This document shows, piece by piece, positions 1-15,000 of a stretch of 64,000 nucleotides of DNA; within the stretch, counting starts at the first letter, position 1; each line of letters starts with the position of its first letter. The DNA is from Mobula hypostoma (lineage: Eukaryota): assembly GCF_963921235.1 (NCBI RefSeq), contig NC_086108.1, forward strand, positions 117,120,001 through 117,184,000. Reading direction: 5' to 3'. Made by a program: the position numbers and the translations under genes. Under the pieces are notes generated by a model. That model saw nothing but the letters and a program-made list of their open reading frames with translations. It was not told the origin of the DNA and searched no databases.

Positions 1-3000
1 TCCCACACTCACCCCCGTCCTCACCCTCACCGTCCCGTTCCCACACTCACCCAAGTCCTCACCCTCACTGTCCTGTTCCCACACTCACCCCAGTCCACAG
101 CCTCACTATCCCGTTCCAACATTCACCCCAGTCCTCACCCTCACCGTCCCTTTCCCATACTCACCCCAGTCCTCACCCTCACTGTCGCGTTCCCACACAC
201 ACCCCAGTCCTCACCCTCACTGTCCCGTTCCCACACGCAACCACTCCTCACCCTCACCGTCCTGTTCCCACACACACAGCAGTGCTCACCCTCACGGACC
301 GTTCCCACAGTCACCCTGGTCCTCACCTTCACTGTCCTGTTCCCACACTCACCCTCACTGTCCCTTTCCCGCACTCACCCCAGAACTCACCGTCACTGTC
401 CCGTTGCCACGCGCAACCACTCCTCGCCCTCGCTGTCCTGTTACCACACTCACCCCAGTCCTCACCCTCACAGTCCCGTTCCCACACCAACCACTCCTCA
501 CCCTCACTGTCCCGTTTCCACAATCACCCTAGTCCTCACCCTCACCGTCCCGTTCCCACACACACCCCAGTCCTCACCCTCACCGTCCCGTTCCCACACA
601 CACCCCAGTCCTCACCCTCACTGTCCCGTTCCCACACTCACCCCTGTCCTCACCCTCACCGTCCCGTTGCCACACTCACCCCAGTCCTGACCCTCGCTGT
701 CCCGTTCCCACACTCACCCCCGTCCTCACCCTCGCCGTCCCGTTCCCACACTCACCCAAGTCCTCACCCTCACTGTCCCTTTCCCATACTCACCCCAGTC
801 CTCACCCTCACTGTCGCGTTCCCACACACACCCCAGTCCTCACCCTCACTGTCCCGTTCCCACACCAACCACTCCTCACCCTCACTGTCCTGTTCCCACA
901 CTCACCCCAGTCCACAGCCTCACTATCCCGTTCCAACACTCACCCCAGTCCTCACCCTCACCGTCCCGTTCCCACGCTCACCCCAGTCCTCACCCTCACC
1001 GTCCCGTTCCCACGCTCACCCCAGTCCTCACCCTCACCGTCCCGTTCCCATGCTCACCCCAGTCCTCACCCTCACTGTCCCGTTCTCACACTCACCCTAG
1101 TCTTCACCCTCACCGTCCCATTCCCACACTCACCCAAGTCCCCACCCTCGCTGTCCCGTTCCCATACTCACCCCAGTCCTCACCCTCAACGTCCCGTTCC
1201 CACACTCACCCCGGTCCTCACTCTCACCGTCCCGTTCCCACACTCACCCCAGTTCTTACACTCACCGTCCCGTTCCCAAACTCAACCCAGTCCTCATTCT
1301 CACTGTCCCGTTCCCACAAACCTACCCCAGTCCTCACCCTCACAGTCCCGTTCCCACACTCACGCCAGTTCTCACACCCACTGCCCCGTTCCCACACTCA
1401 CCCCAGTTCTTACCCTCACCGTCCCGTTCCCACACTCACCCCAATCCTCACACTCACCATCCCGTTTCCACCATCACCCCAGTCCTCACCCTCACTGTCC
1501 CATTCCGACACGCACCGCAGTCCTCTCCATCACTGTCCTCCTGTTCCCACACCCACCCCAGTCCTCACCCTCACCGTCCCGTTCCCACACTCCCCCCAGT
1601 CCTCACCCTCACCGACCCTCATCCCAGTCATTACCCTCGCTGTCCCGTTCCCCACGATTACCACAGTCCTTACCCTCACCGTCCCGTTCCCATAATCACC
1701 CCAGGCCTCACCCTCACTTTCCAGTTCCCACACTCAACCCATTCCTCACCCTCGCCGTCCTGTTCCCACACACACACCAGTGCTCACCCTCAAGGTCCCG
1801 TTCCCACACTCACCCTGGTCCTCACCCTCACCGTCCCGTTCCCACACTCACCCCAGTCCTCACCCTCACCGTCCCGTTTCCACACTCACCCCAGTCCTCA
1901 CACTCACCGTCCCATTCCCACACACTCACCCCAGTCCTCATTATCACCGTCCCGTTCCCACACTCACCTCAGTCCTCACCTTCACAGTCCCGTTCCCACG
2001 CTCACCCCAGTCCTCACCCTCACCGTCCCGTTCCCACGCTCACCCCAGTCCTCACCCTCACAGTCCCGTTCCCACGCTCACCCCAGTCCTCACCCTCACT
2101 GTCCCGTTCCCACGCTCACCCCAGTCCTCACCCTCACTGTCCCATTCCCACACTCACCGCAGTCCTCACCATCACTGTCCTGTTCCCACACCCACCCCAG
2201 TCCTCACCCTCACCGTCCCGTTCCCACACTCACCCCAGTCATCACCCTCGCTGTCCCGTTCCCCACCGTTACCACAGTTCTTAACCTCACCGTCCCATTC
2301 CCATACTCACCAAAGGCCTCACCCTCACTGTCCCGTTCCCACACTCACCCCAGTCCTCACCCTCACCGTCCTGTTCCCACACACACACCAGTGCTCACCC
2401 TTACGGTCCCATTCCCACACTCACCCTGGTCCTCACCCTCACCGTCCTGTTCCCACACTCACCCCAGTCCTCACCCTCACTGTCCCGTTTCCACCATCAC
2501 CCCAGTCCTCACCCTCACCGTCCCTTTCCCACACTCACCCCAGTCCTCATTCTCACTGTCCCGTTCCCACAAACCTACCCCAGTACTCACCCTCACTGTC
2601 CCGTTTCCACCATCACCCCAGTCCTCACCCTCACTGTCCCCTTCCTACACTGATACCAGACCTCACCCTCAGTGTCCCGTTCCCACACTCACCCGTCTCC
2701 AACCTCTGTCCCGTTCCCACACCCACCACAGTCCTCACCCTCACCGTCCCGTTCCCACACTCACCCCAGTCCCCACCCCTACCGTCCCGTTCCCACACTC
2801 ACCCCAGTCCTCACCCTCACCGTCCCGTTCCCACACTCACCCCAGTCCCCACCCTCACCGTCCCGTTCCCACACTCACCACAGTCCTCACCCTCACCGTC
2901 CCGTTCCCACGCTCACCCCAGTCCTCACCCTCACTGTCCCGTTCCCACGCTCACCCCAGTCCTCACCCTCACTGTCCCGTACCCACGCTCACCCCAGTCC

Positions 3001-6000
3001 TCACCCTCACTGTCCCATTCCCACACTCACCGCAGTCCTCACCATCACTGTCCTGTTCCCACACCCACCCCAGTCCTCACCCTCACCGTCCCGTTCCCAC
3101 ACTCACCCCAGGCTTCACCCTCACTTTCCCGTTACCATACTCACCCCAGTCCTCACCCTCACCGTCCTGTTCCCACACACACACTAGTGCTCAACCTCAC
3201 GGTCCCGTTCCTACACTCACCCTGGTCCTCACCCTCACCGTCCTATTCCCACACTCACCCCAGTCCTCACCCTCACTGTCCCGTTTCCACCATCACCCCA
3301 GTCCTCAACCTCACCGTCCCTTTCCCACACTCACCCCAGTCCCCACCCTCACGGTCCCGTTCCCACACTCACCCCAGTCCTCACCCTCACCGTCCCTTTC
3401 CCACACTCACCCCAGTCCTCACCCTCACTGTCCCGTTCCCACACTCACCCCTGTTCTCACCCTCACTGACCCGTTCCCACACTCACCACCGTCCTCACCC
3501 TCACCGTCCCGTTCCCACACTCACCCCAGTCCCGACCCTCACTGTCCCGTTCCCAAACTCAACGTAGTCCTCATTCTCACTGCCCGTTTCCACACACCTA
3601 CCCCAGTCCTCACCCTCACTGTCCCGTTCCCACACTCACCTAAGTCCTTACCCTCACGTCCTGTTCCCACACTCACCCCAGTCATCACCCTCGCTGTCCC
3701 GTTCTCCACGGTTACCACAGTCCTCACCCTCACCGTCCCGTTCCCACACTCACCCCAGTCCTCGCCCTCACCGTCCCATTCCCACACTCACCGAATTCCT
3801 CCTACTCAATGTCCCGTTCCCACACTCACCCCAGTCCTCACCCTCACCTTCCCGTTCCCACACTGACCCCATTCCTCACCCTCACTGTCCCGTTCCCACA
3901 CTCACCTCAGTCCTCACCCTCACCGTCCCGTTCCCACACTCAACACCAGTCCTCACCCTCACCGTCCCATTCCCACACTCACCCCAGTCCTCACACCCAC
4001 GGTCCCGTTCCCACACTCACCCCAGTCCTCACACCCATGGTCCCGTTCCCACACTCACCCCAGTCCCTACCCTCACTGTCCCGTTTCCACACACCTACCC
4101 CAGTCCTCACCCTCACTGTCCCGTTCCCACACTCACCCCAGTCCTTACCCTCACGTCCCGTTCCCACACTCACCCCCGTCATCACCCTCGCTGTCCCGAA
4201 CCCCACGGTTACCACAGTCCTTACCCTCACCGTCCCGTTCCCACACTCACCCCAGTCCCTACCCTCACTGTCCCGTTCCCACAAACCTACACCAGTCCTC
4301 ACCCTCACTGTCCCGTTCCCATACTCACCCCATCCTCACCCTCACTGTCCCGTTCCCACACTAACCCCTGTCCTCACCCTCACCGTCCCGTTGCCACACT
4401 CACCCCAGTCCTCACCCTCACTGTCCCGTTCCCACACTCACCCCTGTCCTCACCCTCAGCGTCCCGTTCCCACACTCACCCAATCCTCACCCTCACTGTC
4501 CTGTTCCCACACTCACCCCAGTCCACAGCCTCACTATCCCTTTCCAACACTCACCCCAGTCCTCACCCTCACCGTCCCTTTCCCATACTCACCCCAGTCC
4601 TCACCCTCACTGTCGCGTTCCCACACACACCCCAGTCCTCACCCTTACTGTCCCCTTCCTATACTCACCCCAGTCCTCAGCCTCACTGTCCCCTTCCGTC
4701 ACTCACCCCAGACCTCACCCTCAGTGTCCTGTTCCCGCACTCACCCAACTCCAAACTCACTGTCCCGTTCCCACACTCACCACAGTCCTCACGCTCACCG
4801 CCATGTTCCCACACTCACCCCAGTCCCCACCCCCACCGTCCCGTTCGCACACTCACCCCAGTCCTCACCCTCACTGTCCCGTTTCCACACGCAACCACTC
4901 CTCGCCCTCACTGTCCTGTTACCACACTCACCCCAGTCCTCACCCTCACAGTCCCGTTCCCACACCAACCACTCCTCACCCTCACTGTCCTGTTTCCACA
5001 CTCACCCCAGTCCTCACCCTCACCATCTCGTTCCCACACACACCCCAGTCCTCACCATCACTGTCCCGTTCCCACACTCACCCCCGTCCTCACCATCACT
5101 GTCCCGTTCCCACACTCACCCCCGTCCTCACCATCACTGTCCCGTTCCCACACTCACCCCCGTCCTCACCCTCACTGTCCCGTTCCCACACTCACCCCCG
5201 TCCTCACCCTCACAGTCCCGTTCCCACACTCACCCCCGTCCTCACCCTCACTGTCCCGTTCCCACACTCACCCCTGTCCTCACCCTCACAGTCCCGTTCC
5301 CACACTCACCCCAGTCCTCACCCTCACTGTCCCGTTTCCACACGCAACCACTCCTCGCCCTCACTGTCTTGTTACCACACTCGCCCCATGCCTCACCCTC
5401 ACAGTCCCGTTCCCACAGCAACCACTCCTCATCCTCACTGTCCTGTTTCCACACTCACCCCCATCCTCACCCTCACTGTCCCGATCCCACACTAACCCCC
5501 GTCCTCACCCTCACAGTCCCGTTCCCACACTCACCCCCGTCCTCACCCTCACTGTCCCGTTCCCACACTCACCCCTGTCCTCCCCCTCACTGTCCCGTTC
5601 CCACACTCACCCCCACTGTCCCGTTCCCACACTCACCCCCGTCCTCACCCTCACAGTCCCGTTCCCACACTCACCCCCGTCCTCACCCTCACTGTCCCGT
5701 TCCCACACTCACCCCAGTCCTCACCCTCACTGTCCCGTTTCCACACGCAACCACTCCTCGCCCTCACAGTCTTGTTACCACACTCGCCCCATGCCTCACC
5801 CTCACAGTCCCGTTCCCACACCAACCACTCCTCACCCTCACTGTCCTGTTTCCACACTCACTCCAGTCCACACCCTCACCGTCCCGTTCCCACACACACC
5901 CCAGTCCTCACCATCACTGTCCCGTTCCCACACTCACCCCCGTCCTTACCCTCACTGTCCCGTTCCCACACTCACCCCAGTCCTCACCCTCACCGTCCCG

Positions 6001-9000
6001 TTCCCACACACACCCCAGTCCTCACCGTCACTGACCCGTTGCAACACGCAACCACTCCTCGCCCTCACTGTCCTGTTACCACACTCACCCCAGTCCTCAC
6101 CCTCACAGTCCCGTTCCCACACCAACCACTCCTCACCCTCACTGTCCTGTTTCCACACTCACCCCAGTCCTCACCCTCACCGTCCCGTTCCCACGCTCAC
6201 CCCAGTCCTCACCCTCACTGTCCCGTTTCCACACTCACCCCAGTACTCACACTCACGGTCCCGTTCCCACACACTCACCCCAGTCCTCACCCTCACCGTC
6301 CCGTTCCCATGCTCACCCTAGTCCTCACCCTCACCGTCCCGTTCCCACGCTCACCCCAGTCCTCACCCTCACTGTCCCGTTCTCACTCTCACCCCAGTCC
6401 TCACCCTCACTGTCCCATTCCCACACTCACCGCAGTCCTCACCATCACTGTCCTGTTCCCACACCCACCCCAGTCCTCACCCTCACCGTCCCGTTCCCAC
6501 ACTCACCCCAGTCCTCACCCTCACCGTCCCGTTCCCACACTCACCCCAGTCCTCACCCTCACCGTCCCGTTCCCACACTCACCCCAGTCCCGACCCTCAC
6601 TGTCCCGTTCCCAAACTCAACCCAGTCCTCATTCTCACTGTCCCGTTCCCACAAACCTACCCCAGTCCTCACCCTCACCGTCCAGTTTCCACACTCACCC
6701 CAGTCCTCACCCTCACTGTCCCCTTCCTACACTGATACCAGACCTCACCCTCAGTGTCCCGTTCCCACACTCACCCGTCTCCAACCTCACTGTCCCGTTC
6801 CCACACTCACCACAGTCCTCACCCTCACCGTCCCGTTCCCACACTTACCCCAGTCCCCACCCCCACCGTCCCATTCCGACACTCACCCCAGTCCTCACCC
6901 TCACCGTCCCGTTCCCACACTCACCCCAGTCCTCACCCTCACCGTCCCGTTCCCACACTCACCCCAGTCCTCACCCTCACCGTCCCGTTCCCACGCTCAC
7001 CCCAGTCCTCACCCTCACTGTCCTGTTCCCACGCTCACCCCAGTCCTCACCCTTACTGTCCCGTACCCACGCTCACCCCAGTCCTCACCCTCACTGTCCC
7101 ATTCCCACACTCACCGCAGTCCTCACCATCACTGTCCTGTTCCCACACCCACCCCAGTCCTCACCCTCACCGTCCCGTTCCCACACTCACCCCAGGCTTC
7201 ACCCTCACTTTCCCGTTACCATACTCACCCCAGTCCTCACCCTCACCGTCCTGTTCCCACACACACACTAGTGCTCAACCTCACGGTCCCGTTCCTACAC
7301 TCACCCTGGTCCTCACCCTCACCGTCCTATTCCCACACTCACCCCAGTCCTCACCCTCACTGTCCCGTTTCCACCATCACCCCAGTCCTCAACCTCACCG
7401 TCCCTTTCCCACACTCACCCCAGTCCCCACCCTCACGGTCCAGTTCCCACACTCACCCCAGTCCTCACCCTCACCGTCCCTTTCCCACACTCACCCCAGT
7501 CCTCACCCTCACTGTCCCGTTCCCACACTCACCCCTGTTCTCACCCTCACTGACCCGTTCCCACACTCACCACCGTCCTCACCCTCACCGTCCCGTTCCC
7601 ACACTCACCCCAGTCCCGACCCTCTCTGTCCCGTTCCCAAACTCAACGTAGTCCTCATTCTCACTGCCCGTTTCCACACACCTACCCCAGTCCTCATCCT
7701 CACTGTCCCGTTCCCACACTCACCTAAGTCCTTACCCTCACGTCCTGTTCCCACACTCACCCCAGTCATCACCCTCGCTGTCCCGTTCTCCACGGTTACC
7801 ACAGTCCTCACCCTCACCGTCCCGTTCCCACACTCACCCCAGTCCTCGCCCTCACCGTCCCATTCCCACACTCACCGAATTCCTCCTACTCAATGTCCCG
7901 TTCCCACACTCACCCCAGTCCTCACCCTCACCTTCCCGTTCCCACACTGACCCCATTCCTCACCCTCACTGTCCCGTTCCCACACTCACCTCAGTCCTCA
8001 CCCTCACCGTCCCGTTCCCACACTCAACACCAGTCCTCACCCTCACCGTCCCATTCCCACACTCACCCCAGTCCTCACACCCACGGTCCCGTTCCCACAC
8101 TCACCCCAGTCCCTACCCTCACTGTCCCGTTTCCACACACCTACCCCAGTCCTCACCCTCACTGTCCCGTTCCCACACTCACCCCAGTCCTTACCCTCAC
8201 GTCCCGTTCCCACACTCACCCCCGTCATCACCCTCGCTGTCCCGAACCCCACGGTTACCACAGTCCTTACCCTCACCGTCCCGTTCCCACACTCACCCCA
8301 GTCCCTACCCTCACTGTCCCGTTCCCACAAACCTACACCAGTCCTCACCCTCACTGTCCCGTTCCCATACTCACCCCATCCTCACCCTCACTGTCCCGTT
8401 CCCACACTAACCCCTGTCCTCACCCTCACCGTCCCGTTGCCACACTCACCCCAGTCCTCACCCTCACTGTCCCGTTCCCACACTCACCCCTGTCCTCACC
8501 CTCACAGTCCCGTTCCCACACTCACCCCAGTCCTCACCCTCACTGTCCTGTTCCCACACTCACCCCAGTCCACAGCCTCACTATCCCTTTCCAACACTCA
8601 CCCCAGTCCTCACCCTCACCATCCCTTTCCCATACTCACCCCAGTCCTCACCCTCACTGTCGCGTTCCCACACACACCCCAGTCCTCACCCTTACTGTCC
8701 CCTTCCTATACTCACCCCAGTCCTCAGCCTCACTGTCCCCTTCCGTCACTCACCCCAGACCTCACCCTCAGTGTCCTGTTCCCACACTCACCCAACTCCA
8801 AACTCACTGTCCCGTTCCCACACTCACCACAGTCCTCACGCTCACCGCCATGTTCCCACACTCACCCCAGTCCCCACCCCCACCATCCCGTTCGCACACT
8901 CACCCCAGTCCTCACCATCACTGTCCCGTTTCCACACGCAACCACTCCTCGCCCTCACTGTCCTGTTACCACACTCACCCCACTCCTCACCCTCACAGTC

Positions 9001-12000
9001 CCGTTCCAACACCAACCACTCCTCACCCTCACTGTCCTGTTTCCACACTCACCCCAGTCCTCACCCTCACCATCTCGTTCCCACACACACCCCAGTCCTC
9101 ACGATCACTGTCCCGTTCCCACACTCACCCCCGTCCTCACCATCACTGTCCCGTTCCCACACTCACCCCCGTCCTCACCCTCATTGTCCCGTTCCCACAC
9201 TCACCCCCGTCCTCACCCTCACAGTCCCGTTCCCACACTCACCCCCGTCCACACCCTCACTGTCCCGTTCCCACACTCACCCCAGTCCTCACCCTCACTG
9301 TCCCGTTCCCACACTCACCCCCGTCCTCACCCTCACAGTCCCGTTCCCACACTCACCCCCGTCCTCACCCTCACTGTCCCGTTTCCACACGCAACCACTC
9401 CTCGCCCTCACTGTCTTGTTACCACACTCGCCCCATGCCTCACCCTCACAGTCCCGTTCCCACAGCAACCACTCCTCATCCTCACTGTCCTGTTTCCACA
9501 CTCACCCCCATCCTCACCCTCACTGTCCCGATCCCACACTCACCCCCGTCCTCACCCTCACAGTCCCGTTCCCACACTCACCCCCGTCCTCACCCTCACT
9601 GTCCCGTTCCCACACTCACCCCTGTCCTCCCCCTCACTGTCCCGTTCCCACACTCACCCCCACTGTCCCGTTCCCACACTCACCCCCGTCCTCACCCTCA
9701 CAGTCCCGTTCCCACACTCACCCCCGTCCTCACCCTCACTGTCCCGTTCCCACACTCACCCCAGTCCTCACCCTCACTGTCCCGTTTCCACACGCAACCA
9801 CTCCTCGCCCTCACAGTCTTGTTACCACACTCGCCCCATGCCTCACCCTCACAGTCCCGTTCCCACACCAACCACTCCTCACCCTCAGCGTCCTGTTTCC
9901 ACACTCACCCCAGTCCTCACCCTCACCGTCCCGTTCCCACACACACCCCAGTCCTCACCATCACTGTCCCGTTCCCACACTCACCCCCGTCCTCACCCTC
10001 ACTGTCCCTTTCCCACACTCACCCCAGTCCTCACCCTCACCGTCCCGTTCCCACACACACCCCAGTCCTCACCGTCACTGACCCGTTGCAACATGCAACC
10101 ACTCCTCGCCCTCACTGTCCTGTTACCACACTCACCCCAGTCCTCACCCTCACAGTCCCGTTCCCACACCAACCACTCCTCACCCTCACTGTCCTGTTTC
10201 CACACTCACCCCAGTCCTCACCCTCACCGTCCCGTTCCCACACACACCCCAGTCCTCACCCTCACTGTCCCGTTGCCACACTCACCCCAGTCCTCACCCT
10301 CACTGTCCCGTTCCCACACTCACCCCCGTCATCACCCTCGCTGTCCCGTTCCCCACGGTTACCACAGTCCTTACCCTCACCGTCCCGTTCCCACACTCAC
10401 CCCAGTCCCTACCCTCACTGTTCCGTTCCCACAAACCTACACCAGTCCTCACCCTCACTGTCCCGTTCCCATACTCACCCCAGTCCTCACCCTCACTGTC
10501 CCGTTCCCACACTCACCCCAGTCCTCACCCTCACCGTCCCGTTCCCACACTCACCCCAGTCCTCACCCTCACTGTCCCGTTCCCACACTCACCCCAGTCC
10601 TCACCCTCAGCGTCCCGTTCCCACACTCACCCAATCCTCACCCTCACTGTCCTGTTCCCACACTCACCCCAGTCCACAGCCTCACTATCCCTTTCCAACA
10701 CTCACCCCAGTCCTCACCCTCACCGTCCCTTTCCCATACTCACCCCAGTCCCCACCCCCAGCGTCCCGTTCGCACACTCACCCCAGTCCTCACCCTCACT
10801 GTCCCGTTCCCACACTCACCCCTGTCCTCACCCTCACCGTCCCGTTGCCACACTCACCCCAGTCCTCACCCTCACTGTCCCGTTCCCACACTCACCCCTG
10901 TCCTCACCCTCACCGTCCCGTTCCCACACTCACCCCAGTCCTCACCCTCACTGTCCCGTTCCCACACTCACCCCTGTCCTCACCCTCAGCGTCCCGTTCC
11001 CACACTCACCCAATCCTCACCCTCACTGTCCTGTTCCCACACTCACCCAACTCCAAACTCACTGTCCCGTTCCCACACTCACCACAGTCCTCACGCTCAC
11101 CGCCATGTTCCCACACTCACCCCAGTCCCCACCCCCAGCGTCCCGTTCGCACACTCACCCCAGTCCTCACCCTCACTGTCCCGTTCCCACACTCACCCCC
11201 GTCCTCACCATCACTGTCCCGTTCCCACACTCACCCCCGTCCTCACCCTCACTGTCCCGTTCCCACACTCACCCCCGTCCTCACCCTCACAGTCCCGTTC
11301 CCACACTCACCCCAGTCCTCACCCTCACTGTCCCGTTCCCACACTCACCCCTGTCCTCACCCTCACTGTCCCGTTCCCACACTCACCCCCGTCCTCTCCC
11401 TCACAGTCCCGTTCCCACACTCACCCCCGTCCTCACCCTCACTGTCCCGTTCCCACACTCACCCCAGTCCTCACCCTCACTGTCCCGTTTCCACACGCAA
11501 CCACTCCTCGCCCTCACTGTCTTGTTACCACACTCGCCCCATGCCTCACCCTCACAGTCCCGTTCCCACAGCAACCACTCCTCATCCTCACTGTCCCGTT
11601 CCCACACTCACCCCCGTCCTCACCCTCACAGTCCCGTTCCCACACTCACCCCCGTCCTCACCCTCACTGTCCCGTTCCCACACTCACCCCAGTCCTCACC
11701 CTCACTGTCCCGTTCCCACACTCACCCCAGTCCTCACCCTCACAGTCCCGTTCCCACACTCACCCCAGTCCTCACCCTCACTGTCCCGTTCCCACACTCA
11801 CCCCAGTCCTCACCCTCACTGTCCCGTTTCCACACGCAACCACTCCTCGCCCTCACTGTCTTGTTACCACACTCGCCCCATGCCTCACCCTCACAGTCCC
11901 GTTCCCACAGCAACCACTCCTCATCCTCACTGTCCTGTTTCCACACTCACCCCCATCCTCACCCTCACTGTCCCGATCTCACACTCACCCCCGTCCTCAC

Positions 12001-15000
12001 CCTCACAGTCCCGTTCCCACACTCACCCCCGTCCTCACCCTCACTGTCCCGTTCCCACACTCACCCCAGTCCTCACCCTCACCGTCCCGTTCCCACACTC
12101 ACCCCCACTGTCCCGTTCCCACACTCACCCCCGTCCTCACCCTCACAGACCCGTTCCCACACTCACCCCCGTCCTCACCCTCACTGTCCCGTTCCCACAC
12201 TCACCCCAGTCCTCACCCTCACTGTCCCGTTTCCACACGCAACCACTCCTCGCCCTCACTGTCTTGTTACCACACTCGCCCCATGCCTCACCCTCACAGT
12301 CCCGTTCCCACACCAACCACTCCTCACCCTCACTGTCCTGTTTCCACACTCACCCCAGTCCTCACCCTCACCGTCCCGTTCCCACACACACCCCAGTCCT
12401 CACCATCACTGTCCCGTTCCCACACTCACCCCCGTCCTCACCCTCACTGTCCCGTTCCCACACTCACCCCAGTCCTCACCCTCACCGTCCCGTTCCCACA
12501 CACACCCCAGTCCTCACCGTCACTGACCCGTTGCAACACGCAACCACTCCTCGCCCTCACTGTCCTGTTACCACACTCACCCCAGTCCTCACCCTCACAG
12601 TCCCGTTCCCACACCAACCACTCCTCACCCTCACTGTCCTGTTTCCACACTCACCCCAGTCCTCACCCTCACCGTCCCGTTCCCACACACACCCCAGTCC
12701 TCACCCTCACTGTCCCGTTCCCACACTCACCCCAGTCCTCACCCTCACCGTCCCGTTGCCACACTCACCCCAGTCCTCACCCTCACTGTCCCGTTCCCAC
12801 ACTCACCCCTGTTCTCACCCTCACTGACCCGTTCCCACACTCACCACCGTCCTCACCCTCACCGTCCCGTTCCCACACTCACCCCAGTCCCGACCCTCAC
12901 TGTCCCGTTCCCAAACTCAACGTAGTCCTCATTCTCACTGCCCGTTTCCACACACCTACCCCAGTCCTCACCCTCACTGTCCCGTTCCCGCACTCACCTA
13001 AGTCCTTACCCTCACGTCCTGTTCCCACACTCACCCCAGTCATCACCCTCGCTGTCCCGTTCCCACACTCACCCCAGTCCTCGCCCTCACCGTCCCGTTC
13101 CCACACTCACCCCAGTCCTCGCCCTCACCGTCCCGTTCCCACACTCACCGAATTCCTCCTATTCAATGTCCCGTTCCCACACTCACCCCAGTCCTCACCC
13201 TCACCGTCCCGTTCCCACACTGACCCCATTCCTCACCCTCACTGTCCCGTTCCCACACTCACCTCAGTCCTCACCCTCACCGTCCCATTCCCACACTCAC
13301 CCCAGTCCTCACACCCACGGTCCCGTTCCCACACTCACCCCAGTCCCTACCCTCACTGTCCCGTTTCCACACACCTACCCCAGTCCTCACCCTCACTGTC
13401 CCGTTCGCATACTCACCCCAGTCCTCACCCTCACTGTCCCGTTCCCACACTCACCCCTGTCCTCACCCTCACCGTCCCGTTGCCACACTCACCCCTGTCC
13501 TCACCCACACCCCTGTCCTCACCCTCACCGTCCCGTTGCACACTCACCCCAGTCCTCACCCTCACTGTCCCGTTCCCACACTCACCCCTGTCCTCACCCT
13601 CAGCGTCCCGTTCCCACACTCACCCAAATCCTCACCCTCACTGTCCTGTTCCCACACTCACCCCAGTCCACAGCCTCACTATCCCTTTCCCACACTCACC
13701 CCAGTCCTCACCCTCACCGTCCCTTTCCCACACTCACCCCAGTCCTCACCCTCACTGTCACGTTCCCACACACACCCCAGTCCTCACCCTCACTGTCCCC
13801 TTCCTATACTCACCCCAGTCCTCAGCCTCACTGTCCCCTTCCGTCACTCACCCCAGACCTCACCTTCAGTGTCCTGTTCCCACACTCACCCAACTCCAAA
13901 CTCACTGTCCCGTTCCCACACTCACCACAGTCCTCACGCTCACCGCCATGTTCCCACACTCACCCCAGTCCCCACCCCCACCGTCCCGTTCGCACACTCA
14001 CCCCAGTCCTCACCCTCACTGTCCCGTTTCCACACGCAACCACTCCTCGCCCTCACTGTCCTGTTACCACACTCGCCCCATGCCTCACCCTCACAGTCCC
14101 GTTCCCACACCAACCACTCCTCACCCTCACTGTCCTGTTTCCACACTCACCCCAGTCCTCACCCTCACCGTCCCGTTCCCACACACACCCCAGTCCTCAC
14201 CATCACTGTCCCGTTCCCACAATCACCCCCGTCCTCACCATCACTGTCCCGTTCCCACACTCACCCCAGTCCTCACCCTCACAGTCCCGTTCCCACACTC
14301 ACCCCAGTCCTCACCCTCACTGTCCCGTTCCCACACTCACCCCAGTCCTCACCCTCACAGTCCCGTTCCCACACTCACCCCAGTCCTCACCCTCACTGTC
14401 CCGTTCCCACACTCACCCCAGTCCTCACCCTCACTGTCCCGTTTCCACACGCAACCACTCCTCGCCCTCACTGTCTTGTTACCACACTCGCCCCATGCCT
14501 CACCCTCACAGTCCCGTTCCCACAGCAACCACTCCTCACCGTCACTGTCCTGTTTCCACACTCACCCCCATCCTCACCCTCACTGTCCCGTTCCCACACT
14601 CACCCCAGTCCTCACCCTCACAGTCCCGTTCCCACACTCACCCCAGTCCTCACCCTCACTGTCCCGTTCCCACACTCACCCCAGTCCTCACCCTCACTGT
14701 CCCGTTCCCACACTCACCCCAGTCCTCACCCTCACCGTCCCGTTCCCACACTCACCCCAGTCCTCACCCTCACTGTCCCGTTCCCACACTCACCCCAGTC
14801 CTCACCCTCACTGTCCCGTTTCCACACGCAACCACTCCTCGCCCTCACTGTCTTTTTACCACACTCGCCCCATGCCTCACCGTCACAGTCCCGTTCCCAC
14901 ACCAACCACTCCTCACCCTCACTGTCCTGTTTCCACACTCACCCCAGTCCTCACCCTCACCGTCCCGTTCCCACACTCACCCCAGTCCTCACCCTCACTG

